Assembly: GCA_964342815.1 (NCBI GenBank)
Contig: CAYFHS010000003.1
Location: 106,741-170,740 of the forward strand
Direction: 5' to 3'
Source of the DNA: an uncultured archaeon
GTDB lineage: Archaea; Thermoplasmatota; Penumbrarchaeia; JASLWR01
DNA: 64,000 nt
Of this stretch, positions 9,587 to 18,614 are shown in pieces (position 1 is the first letter of the stretch; every line of letters begins with the position of its first letter). Both the position numbers and the translations under genes were made by a program. The notes beneath the pieces are model-generated. The model saw only the letters and a program-made list of their open reading frames with translations, was not told where the DNA came from and searched no databases.

Positions 9587-11302
9587 TTGAGAAATGCCTG
9601 GATCAGCTTGGTAATAATAACGATCTTTCTTGTTGCCACGCTTTTCGTCGGCTGCACGGATGATCCTGATGAAAAGGACGACGGGAAAGATTTTCCAGAT
9701 AACAAAGACGATGACGACATGGAAGATGACGATAATACCGGCGATGATGATGATGACGATACACCGAAAGACCCGCAGATATCCGGTTTCGATTTCAAGC
9801 TTGAGACTGGCACTTTTTGGAATTTCTACTGGAAGACTGAGGACTACTCCTGGGTTCAGGGAAATGATCCAAACACGGATACATTTATCGGTGATTTCAA
9901 GGTCGAACTGGGGGTCTCTGTGGACATTGACGGCGTTAATGCTTTTGCGGTGAGCGTATCCGGAGACAGCACCGACGAGGATTTCGATTTCGCTCCGATA
10001 TGGACTCACCTTGCCGTTGACGGAAATCAGCTTCTCGGATCCACCGACGGCCTAACGCTCGAGATAGTATTCGACGGCATGACCGGGAAATGGATGGGAG
10101 GCGGTTTCTTCACATCTTTCCCCGATGATACGGAGCTCACGGCAAAATCGGGCCAGATCAGCAACGAATACATAGAAACACCGGCATACTCGGTGGGGCG
10201 GTCGGACAGCCAAACCGGCACGGTGTATATACCGGAGACCGGGGAGACCATCGACACCGGTGATGACGATATCACATACAATGAGAATGAATACTTCAAA
10301 GGAGGTCTGGGGCCGGTGGGATACTATTATTACTATTCCTATTCAAGCGACGGCGGCGGATTTTACACGTCATTTTCCACCAAACGGATCGTGGGACTGG
10401 TAGAAACCACACTTACTGCAGATGACGGTTTCGTGCCCAAGCTGCCTCCGTGGGTCCGCAAGAGCGACATGCCGGTATCCAGGAACAAGGGATCCGCTGC
10501 GGCGGTGGATGACATAATATATCTGGTTGGTGGTGGTGTTACCGGAGTGGATGCATATGATCCAGTCACTGACACGTGGTCGGAAAAGACTCCCATGCCA
10601 GTTGTGAGATACGAGACTACAAGTGCATCGGTGAGCGGCAAGATATACGTTTTCGGAAGCGAGAGCACCCGGGTGGACGTCTACTATCCCACCATGGACA
10701 GCTGGACCACTGCCGGAGATATGCCGAAGGAGTATGAATACGTGAGATGCGCTGCAGTGGGGGACCAGATCGTTCTCATGGGTGATACCAGCTCAAAATG
10801 GTACGACCCGAACATCGAGGTCCAGATGTACACCCCAGGCGAGGAAAAGTGGGAGCTCATGGGAACTCTGCCCAGCGATCTGGAAAGGACCGCCTTTGCC
10901 CTAGCCGCCGTGGATTCGTACGTATTCGTCATCGGTGGTTACAAGGGGGATCTCGACCCAAAGCAGACGCTTCGGTATCATGCCGGAACAGAGATAATTG
11001 AAGAGGAAGGATGGCTCAATGAGGCCCGAAGCTTTTCCACGGCGGCCTCGGTGGACGGCGAGATATTCGCCATCGGGGGCCATACGGATGCCGGTTACAA
11101 GGATGCTGTGGAATCTTACGACACGTCATCTTCCGGGAACTACTGGTTCGAACGCTCGTCCATGTCAACGCCCAGATCGCATATAACTTGCGCTGTTGTT
11201 GATGACGTAATATATGTTTTCGGCGGGCAGAACAATGACAAGCTTAAGTTGGTAGAGAAATACGATCCGGCAACGGACGTGGAGATAAACGTCGTTGAAT
11301 AA
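9587..11302 (+). CDS. Kelch-repeat (beta-propeller) predicted lipoprotein
   Basis: LFVGC lipobox-like signal, Asp-rich linker, about six Kelch repeats (IYLVGG..YDP..W). Confidence 0.9.
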   Translation: MRNAWISLVIITIFLVATLFVGCTDDPDEKDDGKDFPDNKDDDDMEDDDNTGDDDDDDTPKDPQISGFDFKLETGTFWNFYWKTEDYSWVQGNDPNTDTFIGDFKVELGVSVDIDGVNAFAVSVSGDSTDEDFDFAPIWTHLAVDGNQLLGSTDGLTLEIVFDGMTGKWMGGGFFTSFPDDTELTAKSGQISNEYIETPAYSVGRSDSQTGTVYIPETGETIDTGDDDITYNENEYFKGGLGPVGYYYYYSYSSDGGGFYTSFSTKRIVGLVETTLTADDGFVPKLPPWVRKSDMPVSRNKGSAAAVDDIIYLVGGGVTGVDAYDPVTDTWSEKTPMPVVRYETTSASVSGKIYVFGSESTRVDVYYPTMDSWTTAGDMPKEYEYVRCAAVGDQIVLMGDTSSKWYDPNIEVQMYTPGEEKWELMGTLPSDLERTAFALAAVDSYVFVIGGYKGDLDPKQTLRYHAGTEIIEEEGWLNEARSFSTAASVDGEIFAIGGHTDAGYKDAVESYDTSSSGNYWFERSSMSTPRSHITCAVVDDVIYVFGGQNNDKLKLVEKYDPATDVEINVVE

Positions 11303-11346
11303 GACCCCTTCGGTCGCTATTCCGTCCCGGACCTGATAAGTTCCAC

Positions 11347-11402
11347 AGTTATCCTACTTTATAACGATAAATAAAAAATAAAATAGAAATAGTGGGATAA
11401 CT
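11347..11402 (+). promoter_or_regulatory. Putative fic promoter: TATA box bracketed by an inverted repeat
   Basis: AGTTATCCTACT (11347-11358) and AGTGGGATAACT (11391-11402) match 11/12 as an inverted repeat. TTTATAAC at 11358-11365. Confidence 0.5.
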
Positions 11403-11414
11403 ATTAGATAATGT

Positions 11415-12563
11415 ATGGTATCGGTGAAAACCAGGACCGTGAAAGGAAATGATTACGTATATGTTTCCGCAACGGCATCCTTTAGAGGAGAGAAGAAAAG
11501 TTTCGAGAAGATGGTGGGGCGGAAAGGTACGGACGAAAGTCTCCTTGCCGACAGGATAAAATTCTATTCGGAGCTGATGTCTCTAAAGGCCGATCTATAC
11601 CGAATGTATCTTGAGATAAAAGGCACAAAATTGGATCATCTGGATAAAAAATGCGCGATTTTTCTGGTACTGCTGCCATCGTTCTACAGAAAATACCTGT
11701 CGAACCTGTACCCTTCCGAGTTGGAAAAATACAGAAATAATTTCGATGTACGTTATATTCACAATACAAATGCAATAGAGGGAAATACCATATCACTAAA
11801 AGAAACTGCAATGATGCTGGACCACAATCTATCACCCAGATCGAAGAAATTAAGAGAGATCCACGAGATAGAGAACTTCACGAAGGTTCTTAATTACGTA
11901 AGAAAATATGATAAGGGCATCAACAAGAAATTTATGCTGAAACTTCATGAATTGATAACCAGGAACATAGACGACAACACTGCAGGGAACTTCCGAAGGA
12001 TAAGCATAGGTATCTCGGGAAGCAAATGGGAACCTGTCCCCGCCATCTCGGTACAGGAGGAGCTGGATGATCTGCTGAAGTGGTATAAGGGGGGAAAAGA
12101 AAAAATAAATCCATTTGAGCTCGCAGGCATATTCAATCATCGGTTCCTTCAGATACACCCCTTCGTGGACGGGAACGGAAGGGTAGCGAGGGAACTTTTT
12201 AATTTCATACTCCAAAGAGCCGGATTCCCACCCATCATCGTTCCGGTGATAAGACGCGACGACTACATGGATTATCTTGAAAAGGCGGATGAAGGCGATA
12301 TCAGGCCGTTACTTAGATTCTATTTTCAATTATTGGTTACAGATTATATCATGGTTGTAAGCGAGGTATTCGCGCAGGAACAGATGAAGTTTACCGATAG
12401 TTTGAAAAGTGTCGATGAGGATGAGATCACCGGTTCTGAATTAATGGAATACTTCGAGATACTAAGATGGTTCTTTGGTTTGCTGGGTGAGTTGTACGAG
12501 GGTGATGTCTTCAAGCTCGAGGATGTGGGGAAGTTGATGGAAGGATTGTCAATATCGCAATGA
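11415..12563 (+). CDS. Fic family protein (canonical AMPylase motif)
   Basis: HPFVDGNGRVAR motif; IHNTNAIEGNT. Confidence 0.95.
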   Translation: MVSVKTRTVKGNDYVYVSATASFRGEKKSFEKMVGRKGTDESLLADRIKFYSELMSLKADLYRMYLEIKGTKLDHLDKKCAIFLVLLPSFYRKYLSNLYPSELEKYRNNFDVRYIHNTNAIEGNTISLKETAMMLDHNLSPRSKKLREIHEIENFTKVLNYVRKYDKGINKKFMLKLHELITRNIDDNTAGNFRRISIGISGSKWEPVPAISVQEELDDLLKWYKGGKEKINPFELAGIFNHRFLQIHPFVDGNGRVARELFNFILQRAGFPPIIVPVIRRDDYMDYLEKADEGDIRPLLRFYFQLLVTDYIMVVSEVFAQEQMKFTDSLKSVDEDEITGSELMEYFEILRWFFGLLGELYEGDVFKLEDVGKLMEGLSISQ

Positions 12564-12628
12564 ACTCTTCTTTCACAGCGATCCAACTTGGGTATTTTTC
12601 CATGACCTCTTTGCTATTTTCTATCTTC

Positions 12629-13333
12629 TTACATACTTCTCCCAACCTTATTTATTTTAGAAAATAATGCATCTTTCATAATATCTTGTTCATTATCTAT
12701 AACCAACATCCATTTTTGTTCATCCGGGTGGGGCCACTCAATGATATTACAATACAAATCCTGTTCCCCCGCCAGATCTTTCATTTTTTCTATCGTATAG
12801 AAAACACAGGGAGGATAAACCCATTCCTCACCCGAATAATTTTCTTCCCCTTGACTGAAGGTTGCAACAATTATTGAGTTTTCTTTCATCGATTTTCTAA
12901 TTTCACTAAAGCACCTTTTTATCTGCCTTTCGGATGCATGAGTGAAAATAGATTGAGCAAGGAAGAAGTCAAATTGCACTCCGAAAGTAGTGCATGAAAA
13001 ATTATTATCATTGATTATGGTTGGTTCTTTGATCTTGAAAATATCCTTACCCAATTCCAATTCAATTCCCTCTTCGATTAACCATTGATTTGGTTCAATC
13101 CCATAATACCTTCCTGGAAGTAAATATGGAATAAACAATTTCCCTCCTCTCAACGAACCGCACCCAATGTCTAATAGATAGTGCTCCTCTCTAAGACCAA
13201 GTGAGGTTAACAAATTGAACTGTATTGCTGAACATAGGTCGTAGTTCTTTGCCGGTCCCACATAGGCCCTGTAATGTCTTGCTCCATTCTCCAAGTCAAG
13301 TCCCAATCGAGCTTCTTCTGAAATCACTTTCAT
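12629..13333 (-). CDS. Class I SAM-dependent methyltransferase
   Basis: LLDIGCGSLRGG motif I; AQSIFTH. Confidence 0.9.
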   Translation of the reverse strand: MKVISEEARLGLDLENGARHYRAYVGPAKNYDLCSAIQFNLLTSLGLREEHYLLDIGCGSLRGGKLFIPYLLPGRYYGIEPNQWLIEEGIELELGKDIFKIKEPTIINDNNFSCTTFGVQFDFFLAQSIFTHASERQIKRCFSEIRKSMKENSIIVATFSQGEENYSGEEWVYPPCVFYTIEKMKDLAGEQDLYCNIIEWPHPDEQKWMLVIDNEQDIMKDALFSKINKVGRSM

Positions 13334-13345
13334 AAAACCATGCTC

Positions 13346-14035
13346 CTAACCAAACAGTATTGTAATTTGTTCCTTCAAATCTTCAATAGAGATTTTATTT
13401 ATATCGAACGCCTCCAGCCCCCCGACTCTTGCTGGTATGATATCAAAATCCAGTGAATCACCCACCATGGCAACAGCACCGTATTCTTCTCTTAGATATT
13501 GATATGTCCTAGCTTCCTTCTCCATACCCAATGGAATAATTCGAGGATTGGATGAAATCTTATCAGTAACGAAGACGTGTGGATTTCCCGGTAGAAAGTC
13601 GTCTGGAAATCGGTCCAGTTTGAATCCCGCTTCAGTTGCAGATGAATCAGTAAAAAGATAATATATATGTTCATTTCCAATGATAGTATTAAGAAGATCA
13701 GTTATTTTGGGAAAAACCTTCATTTCTTCAAGACTTTTCCAATAAATATTATTAAGTTCTGGTAGGTGATTTTCAATAAGCCTCTCTTCAACACCGAGGA
13801 AGCTAAGAAGCATTCTGAAACGTATGTTTAGATCATTTTTATCATTCATTCGGAAGACGCTGAATTGTACATTGGTGATTTTATTCAACAGTTCTCTGTT
13901 TATCTGTACTTCAAATTGAGGAAAACACTTCTTTAGGTATTCCAAACACTGCTCATAAGCAATTATTTTTCGCTCTTGGGCATCGCAAATGGTACCGTCT
14001 ATATCGATTAATACGCTTTTCCCTCGTTTGCACAT
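13346..14035 (-). CDS. Divergent HAD-superfamily hydrolase
   Basis: IDIDGTI (DxDxT) and VGDSLDFDI motifs. Confidence 0.8.
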   Translation of the reverse strand: MCKRGKSVLIDIDGTICDAQERKIIAYEQCLEYLKKCFPQFEVQINRELLNKITNVQFSVFRMNDKNDLNIRFRMLLSFLGVEERLIENHLPELNNIYWKSLEEMKVFPKITDLLNTIIGNEHIYYLFTDSSATEAGFKLDRFPDDFLPGNPHVFVTDKISSNPRIIPLGMEKEARTYQYLREEYGAVAMVGDSLDFDIIPARVGGLEAFDINKISIEDLKEQITILFG

Positions 14036-14041
14036 TTCAAC

Positions 14042-14788
14042 TCATTCCCTGATCACTTTGATGATATTCCCACGCTCATCGATCCATACAATTCTGTCGT
14101 CGATTTCCTCTGCCCATGCAAATCCATTATAGAAATTATCGACCAATCTGAAACGGTGGGAGTATAATTCTTCACCATTCTTGTTGATATGAAAACAACC
14201 CTGCTCATCTTCAGCGACAGCATACCTTTTATGGAATATTCCAACATTGATAAAGGTTCTCTCATACACTCTATTTCCATTGCGATCTATATGAAAAACT
14301 CCTTCGGAATCTCTAACTCCCGCTACTCCTTCATTGAAATCGCCCACATGAAGATATCTTTCAGGGTATGTCCTATTTCCATCTAATTTGATATGGAAGA
14401 AATTTCCATCTCGATCGCAAACAGGGGCCAATCCCTCATTGAAATTTCCCGCCCACACATATCTATCCTCGTATACCTCGTTTCCATCAAGATCTATGTG
14501 GTAGTATTCACCGTTCTCAACAACTGCCGCTAATCCACCATAATACCCGAAGGTTCTGCCGTATCGTTCAGGATATAACGGCTCTCCGTTTTCAAGAATG
14601 TGATATGCACCGCTATCATCCAAGACTGGTGCACGAGAGTAACGAAATGCCAAAACGGATAGAAAACGTTTCTTATAAGCCTCTGTACCATCGGGTCTGA
14701 TATGATGTGTCCCATCACTGGATACTCGTAGGTTTTTCCAGTATACCTTCTTCTCGACAATCTCGTTATTTGCCATATTAATTTTCAT
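14042..14788 (-). CDS. WG-repeat protein
   Basis: About six repeats of F.EG.A.V....YHI...G...Y...Y.... Confidence 0.85.
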   Translation of the reverse strand: MKINMANNEIVEKKVYWKNLRVSSDGTHHIRPDGTEAYKKRFLSVLAFRYSRAPVLDDSGAYHILENGEPLYPERYGRTFGYYGGLAAVVENGEYYHIDLDGNEVYEDRYVWAGNFNEGLAPVCDRDGNFFHIKLDGNRTYPERYLHVGDFNEGVAGVRDSEGVFHIDRNGNRVYERTFINVGIFHKRYAVAEDEQGCFHINKNGEELYSHRFRLVDNFYNGFAWAEEIDDRIVWIDERGNIIKVIRE

Positions 14789-15812
14789 CCTTATGTTCGT
14801 CTGGAGGGCGTCTCATATTGCATTTTCCGCATACTTCACTAACACCCCATTTCCTTATGAATTCCGAATATTTCCTTCCTTTCCATAATTCGATGAAATC
14901 ATCATCCTTTACATTTCCAAAATACCCGAATTTCTTCCGAAGCGCATCTGGAGAACAGCACACATTAAAGGTTCCGTCCCATGCTATCCAGGCCTCATTT
15001 CCTACAAAAGGACATCTCCAATGAGATGGCACTATTGAGGATATATCATCGGTTTTGATTTTATAAACGTTCTCCAGTTTGAACTTGTTGCCGTTACTTA
15101 AACGGGAATTCTCTGCAATCTTGTGGAGTATTTCTACCATCGAGTTCCATCGCTTGATACTATTCTTGTTCCTTCTCAATGACTGAATGGTTAGTTCTGG
15201 CCATGTTACCCATAGATGATGTCCCTTGAATCGATCCACATCCATATCTATGGCCATCTTCAAAATAGCAGGCAACTCTTTCAAATTGTTCTCCATGTAA
15301 GTGACCTGGAAAGTAATGGTCGGTTCGTTCCAATTGTTCCTTCGAAACGAGTCTCTGATTTTTATAAGATCCGTAATATTTTCGATCAACTTCTCATGTG
15401 AGATTCCATTCATTATCATCTCAGATGTGTATTTCGTAGCTCCGTTAATGGATATTTTCACATCGCTGGCCACGGGAAGAATCATTCCCCCCCACTCTTT
15501 CACCCCTCTTCCCGAAAAGGTCCCATTCGTTGTGAGGTTCATTTTCAAATCGAACTTTTTTACAAGGTCGATTATCCTTTCGAAATCTCGATATAGCAGA
15601 GGTTCTCCCATAGTGCTAGGTATTATCTCTCTAAGGCCACGATCTACTGCGCTTTCGACCACCTTTTCAATGATTTGAACGTCCATTATCCGTTTATACT
15701 TTCTTTCAGTGGTTCTATAATTGCTATGTTCTTCACACATTATGCAGTTCAGATTGCATATGTCGGGATTGGTATCAAAGGTTATTCTCCAAGGGGCGTC
15801 CATGGAGCTCAC
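14778..15812 (-). CDS. Radical SAM protein with a SPASM/twitch-type C-terminal domain
   Basis: CNLNCIMC (CxxxCxxC), GEPLL, TTNG; C-terminal C..IAWDG...VCC...GN....W...C..C. Confidence 0.93.
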   Translation of the reverse strand: MSSMDAPWRITFDTNPDICNLNCIMCEEHSNYRTTERKYKRIMDVQIIEKVVESAVDRGLREIIPSTMGEPLLYRDFERIIDLVKKFDLKMNLTTNGTFSGRGVKEWGGMILPVASDVKISINGATKYTSEMIMNGISHEKLIENITDLIKIRDSFRRNNWNEPTITFQVTYMENNLKELPAILKMAIDMDVDRFKGHHLWVTWPELTIQSLRRNKNSIKRWNSMVEILHKIAENSRLSNGNKFKLENVYKIKTDDISSIVPSHWRCPFVGNEAWIAWDGTFNVCCSPDALRKKFGYFGNVKDDDFIELWKGRKYSEFIRKWGVSEVCGKCNMRRPPDEHKDEN

Positions 15813-17014
15813 TTCATCACCTTTTCGTACAATTTCATAACGGACCTTGCATCATCCTCTATTGAACGGACCTTTGAAGGTCTGATTTCTAGTTCGTTCA
15901 GAACCGTAGGATTCGAAATTATCCCTTGAAGCACTTTACGCAGGGAATCACTGTTTCCGACATTAAAAAGGAAACCATCATTTCCATCCTCCACAAGTTC
16001 CTTCATTCCACCTATATCCGATGTAATCACCGGTACTCCCGCAAGAAAGGCCTCTTGAATTACTAACGGGGAATTCTCGTACCATACGGACGGTACTATG
16101 AGCACGTCCATGTCATCCAGAACCGTCTGTATCTCCCAATTGTTGTAACAACCCTTAAAATGAACATTTTCATTTGCATATTTTTCCAGGAAAGATTTAT
16201 CCAGTTGGCTGTTGCCGTAGATGATTAGATTGGCACCTTTTGTATTCCAAAATGCTTCAAGCATCATTTTAATTCCTTTGACCGGGATTACGCGCCCCAT
16301 AAAGCCAAAACTGATATTTTCATCACCTGAGTAGTGTTTCTTCTGATACTCAATTATATTCTTATCGAATCCATACTTGGAATAAGAAATCTTGCTTTCA
16401 TCGACACCATTGCGGATAAAATACTTCATAAGGTATTTTGACGGGGAGAGGAAATAATCGATCTTCTTAATAATTCGATTCATATGATTGACGTATTCCA
16501 TATATCGTTCCCGAGTGACACAGTGCTTGAATTTGGCCCTTAAACATTGATAGCACATTTCGTGTTCTGGATTTGGGCATAGGTCTAAATTTTCCTTTAT
16601 TGCCTGCCCCCTGATGCACCTCAGCCAGAAATCGTGAAGTGTGTAGATCACCGGAAGATCGAATTCATCTTTGATCACGTTGATAATATTCGTGGAAAGA
16701 TGGGAAAGATGACCTATGTGGACGACATCTGGATGGATTCTTTGGATATATTTTCTCAAAGCAGCATCCATCTTAAGGTCAAGATATTTATCCTCAAGTG
16801 TATAATCCCGAAGAGGTTTATTTATTCTTCGAATTTTAACCTCGTTTATTACTTCATCGAGATGTGAATATGCATTCTCATATGGATTCTCCATACGCGT
16901 GAAGACGTACACTTCGGCGTATTTGGTTAATTCATTAGAGAGATTATATGTGTAAACTTCGGATCCTGCCATGTAATAGGGCGGATAACCGTGAATTATC
17001 TGTAACACCCTCAT
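15809..17014 (-). CDS. GT4 family glycosyltransferase
   Basis: HGYPP..AGSEVY, TLHDFW and PSVWYENSPLVIQEA..G.PVI.S.IGG..E motifs. Confidence 0.93.
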   Translation of the reverse strand: MRVLQIIHGYPPYYMAGSEVYTYNLSNELTKYAEVYVFTRMENPYENAYSHLDEVINEVKIRRINKPLRDYTLEDKYLDLKMDAALRKYIQRIHPDVVHIGHLSHLSTNIINVIKDEFDLPVIYTLHDFWLRCIRGQAIKENLDLCPNPEHEMCYQCLRAKFKHCVTRERYMEYVNHMNRIIKKIDYFLSPSKYLMKYFIRNGVDESKISYSKYGFDKNIIEYQKKHYSGDENISFGFMGRVIPVKGIKMMLEAFWNTKGANLIIYGNSQLDKSFLEKYANENVHFKGCYNNWEIQTVLDDMDVLIVPSVWYENSPLVIQEAFLAGVPVITSDIGGMKELVEDGNDGFLFNVGNSDSLRKVLQGIISNPTVLNELEIRPSKVRSIEDDARSVMKLYEKVMK

Positions 17015-17946
17015 TTTGTAAATTCCTCCTTGTAAAGACCAATGGTACGATCAATGCCCTCTTTTGGAAATATTGTGGCACGGTATCCAAGTAATCTTCT
17101 TGCTTTTTCAGGGTTTCCAATAAAGCGTTCCACATCATAATTACGCGGATCGGAATAAGTTGTCTTTGGCCTGTTCTCCACATTATTCGATATGATATCC
17201 AAAACTTCCTGAAGTGTTGTTCCTTTTCCTGTGAGAATGTGGAATTTGTCATAATATCGGATATTCGTGTTAGAGAGAAGTTCACTCATCTTGATTATAC
17301 CGGTTACAGTATCGTCGATGTGGGTGAAATCGAATATCTGAGCTCCTCCATGAATATTCAGTTCTTCATCGTTCAGGGAATTCAGGATAAAACGGGGAAT
17401 TACCCTATCCAGGATATCATATACTCCACCGTACACATTTGAGAATCTAAGTACACCAGTTCGAAGACCGTATTTTTTGAAATACTCATTACACATTCGC
17501 TCCCCGTCTATTTTCGTTTTTCCATAGACATTCGCTACCTTGTAGGGTGCGTTTTCCGAGACGGGAAGTACATCCGGTTCCCCGTATACTTCCCTGCTGC
17601 TCCCAAAGATAACCCACGGATTATTGCCCGACAACCTTGCGGCCTCCAATACATTGGAGATTCCGTTGACATTGATATTGATACATTCATCCGGTCTTTC
17701 ATGTCCCCATATAACCCTCGATACGGCTGCGAGGTGAATGATACCATGAACATTCTTGGAGATATTATTCACCTTTTCAGAATCCCTGATATCGACATCA
17801 TGATAAGTGATTTCATTCTGGATTTTCCGTAATGAACCGTGGTCCTTTCGATTGTCAAGAATATCTACGGTATGTCCCATTTTCAGCAGAACCTTTGCCG
17901 TGCTGGAACCAATGAATCCTGCTCCACCGGTAATTAATATTCTCAT
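17011..17946 (-). CDS. NAD-dependent epimerase/dehydratase (extended SDR)
   Basis: TGGAGFIG, HLAA, SSREVYG and YGKTK (YxxxK) motifs. Confidence 0.95.
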   Translation of the reverse strand: MRILITGGAGFIGSSTAKVLLKMGHTVDILDNRKDHGSLRKIQNEITYHDVDIRDSEKVNNISKNVHGIIHLAAVSRVIWGHERPDECININVNGISNVLEAARLSGNNPWVIFGSSREVYGEPDVLPVSENAPYKVANVYGKTKIDGERMCNEYFKKYGLRTGVLRFSNVYGGVYDILDRVIPRFILNSLNDEELNIHGGAQIFDFTHIDDTVTGIIKMSELLSNTNIRYYDKFHILTGKGTTLQEVLDIISNNVENRPKTTYSDPRNYDVERFIGNPEKARRLLGYRATIFPKEGIDRTIGLYKEEFTK

Positions 17947-17991
17947 TCACTCATCCTTTTGGTTTATTTCTATTGTTGTTGATATGCAGAT

Positions 17992-18020
17992 AAAAAAGCT
18001 TTGGGAATAAATCCCAAAGC
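17992..18020 (-). terminator. Intrinsic terminator-like hairpin with a U-tract
   Basis: Minus strand GCTTTGGGA-TTTAT-TCCCAAAGC-TTTTTT, 16 nt after the stop of the 40-aa ORF. Confidence 0.8.
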
Positions 18021-18035
18021 CCAACCAATGGTTTA

Positions 18036-18158
18036 TTATTTTTTATTCTTCGCCGCTGCTCGCTGGGCTCTTGCCTTGAAGCCTTGGTTTCTACCTGACT
18101 TGTCGGCACTAGATTGAATCCTAGCTGCAGCTTTCGCTGACATATTGGATTTTGTCAT
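18036..18158 (-). CDS. 40-aa basic Ala/Ser/Arg/Lys-rich small protein
   Basis: Below the ORF-track cutoff. MTKSNMSAKAAARIQSSADKSGRNQGFKARAQRAAAKNKK, with a GGAGGT SD 7 nt upstream of the ATG and a terminator downstream. Confidence 0.8.
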   Translation of the reverse strand: MTKSNMSAKAAARIQSSADKSGRNQGFKARAQRAAAKNKK

Positions 18159-18614
18159 GGACTTTACCTCCGTTCGTATATTTTATAGGGGAAAGCCCAG
18201 TTCTATGAACAAAGTTCACTAGAAAAGACATTCTATTCCGATAAAACCTTTCTACCTTCACAGGCATCCAGAAAATCGATGCTGAATATCCTACGATATC
18301 CTCATCGAAGGATATATTGGTATTTAAAGTATTTTTTACATCATTGGGCATAGTCCCCATTCTCCTAGGAGTACGCGCACCTCCCGGAGAGTTTCCAGAA
18401 TGGAATGACTAGGTTTCCACTAAGGGTGACGTATTCCTGATGATATATATTTAGATAACAGGTATTAAAGTTTTCTTATATATTCTTTATAGAAGGTGTT
18501 TTTCTACCACTATGAGAATGATAATCCAGATTTTGAATAAACAGATGGAACAAATTAAAAAGGTATTGATTACTATTCCCTCCCATTGTCACAATTTAAT
18601 ATGGATGAACTTGC

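Noticed and set aside
18121-18360. 79-aa minus-strand ORF as a real gene
   Set aside because: It has no recognisable motif and overlaps the SD and start of the better-supported 40-aa ORF. It has an AGGAG upstream, so it is not fully excluded.
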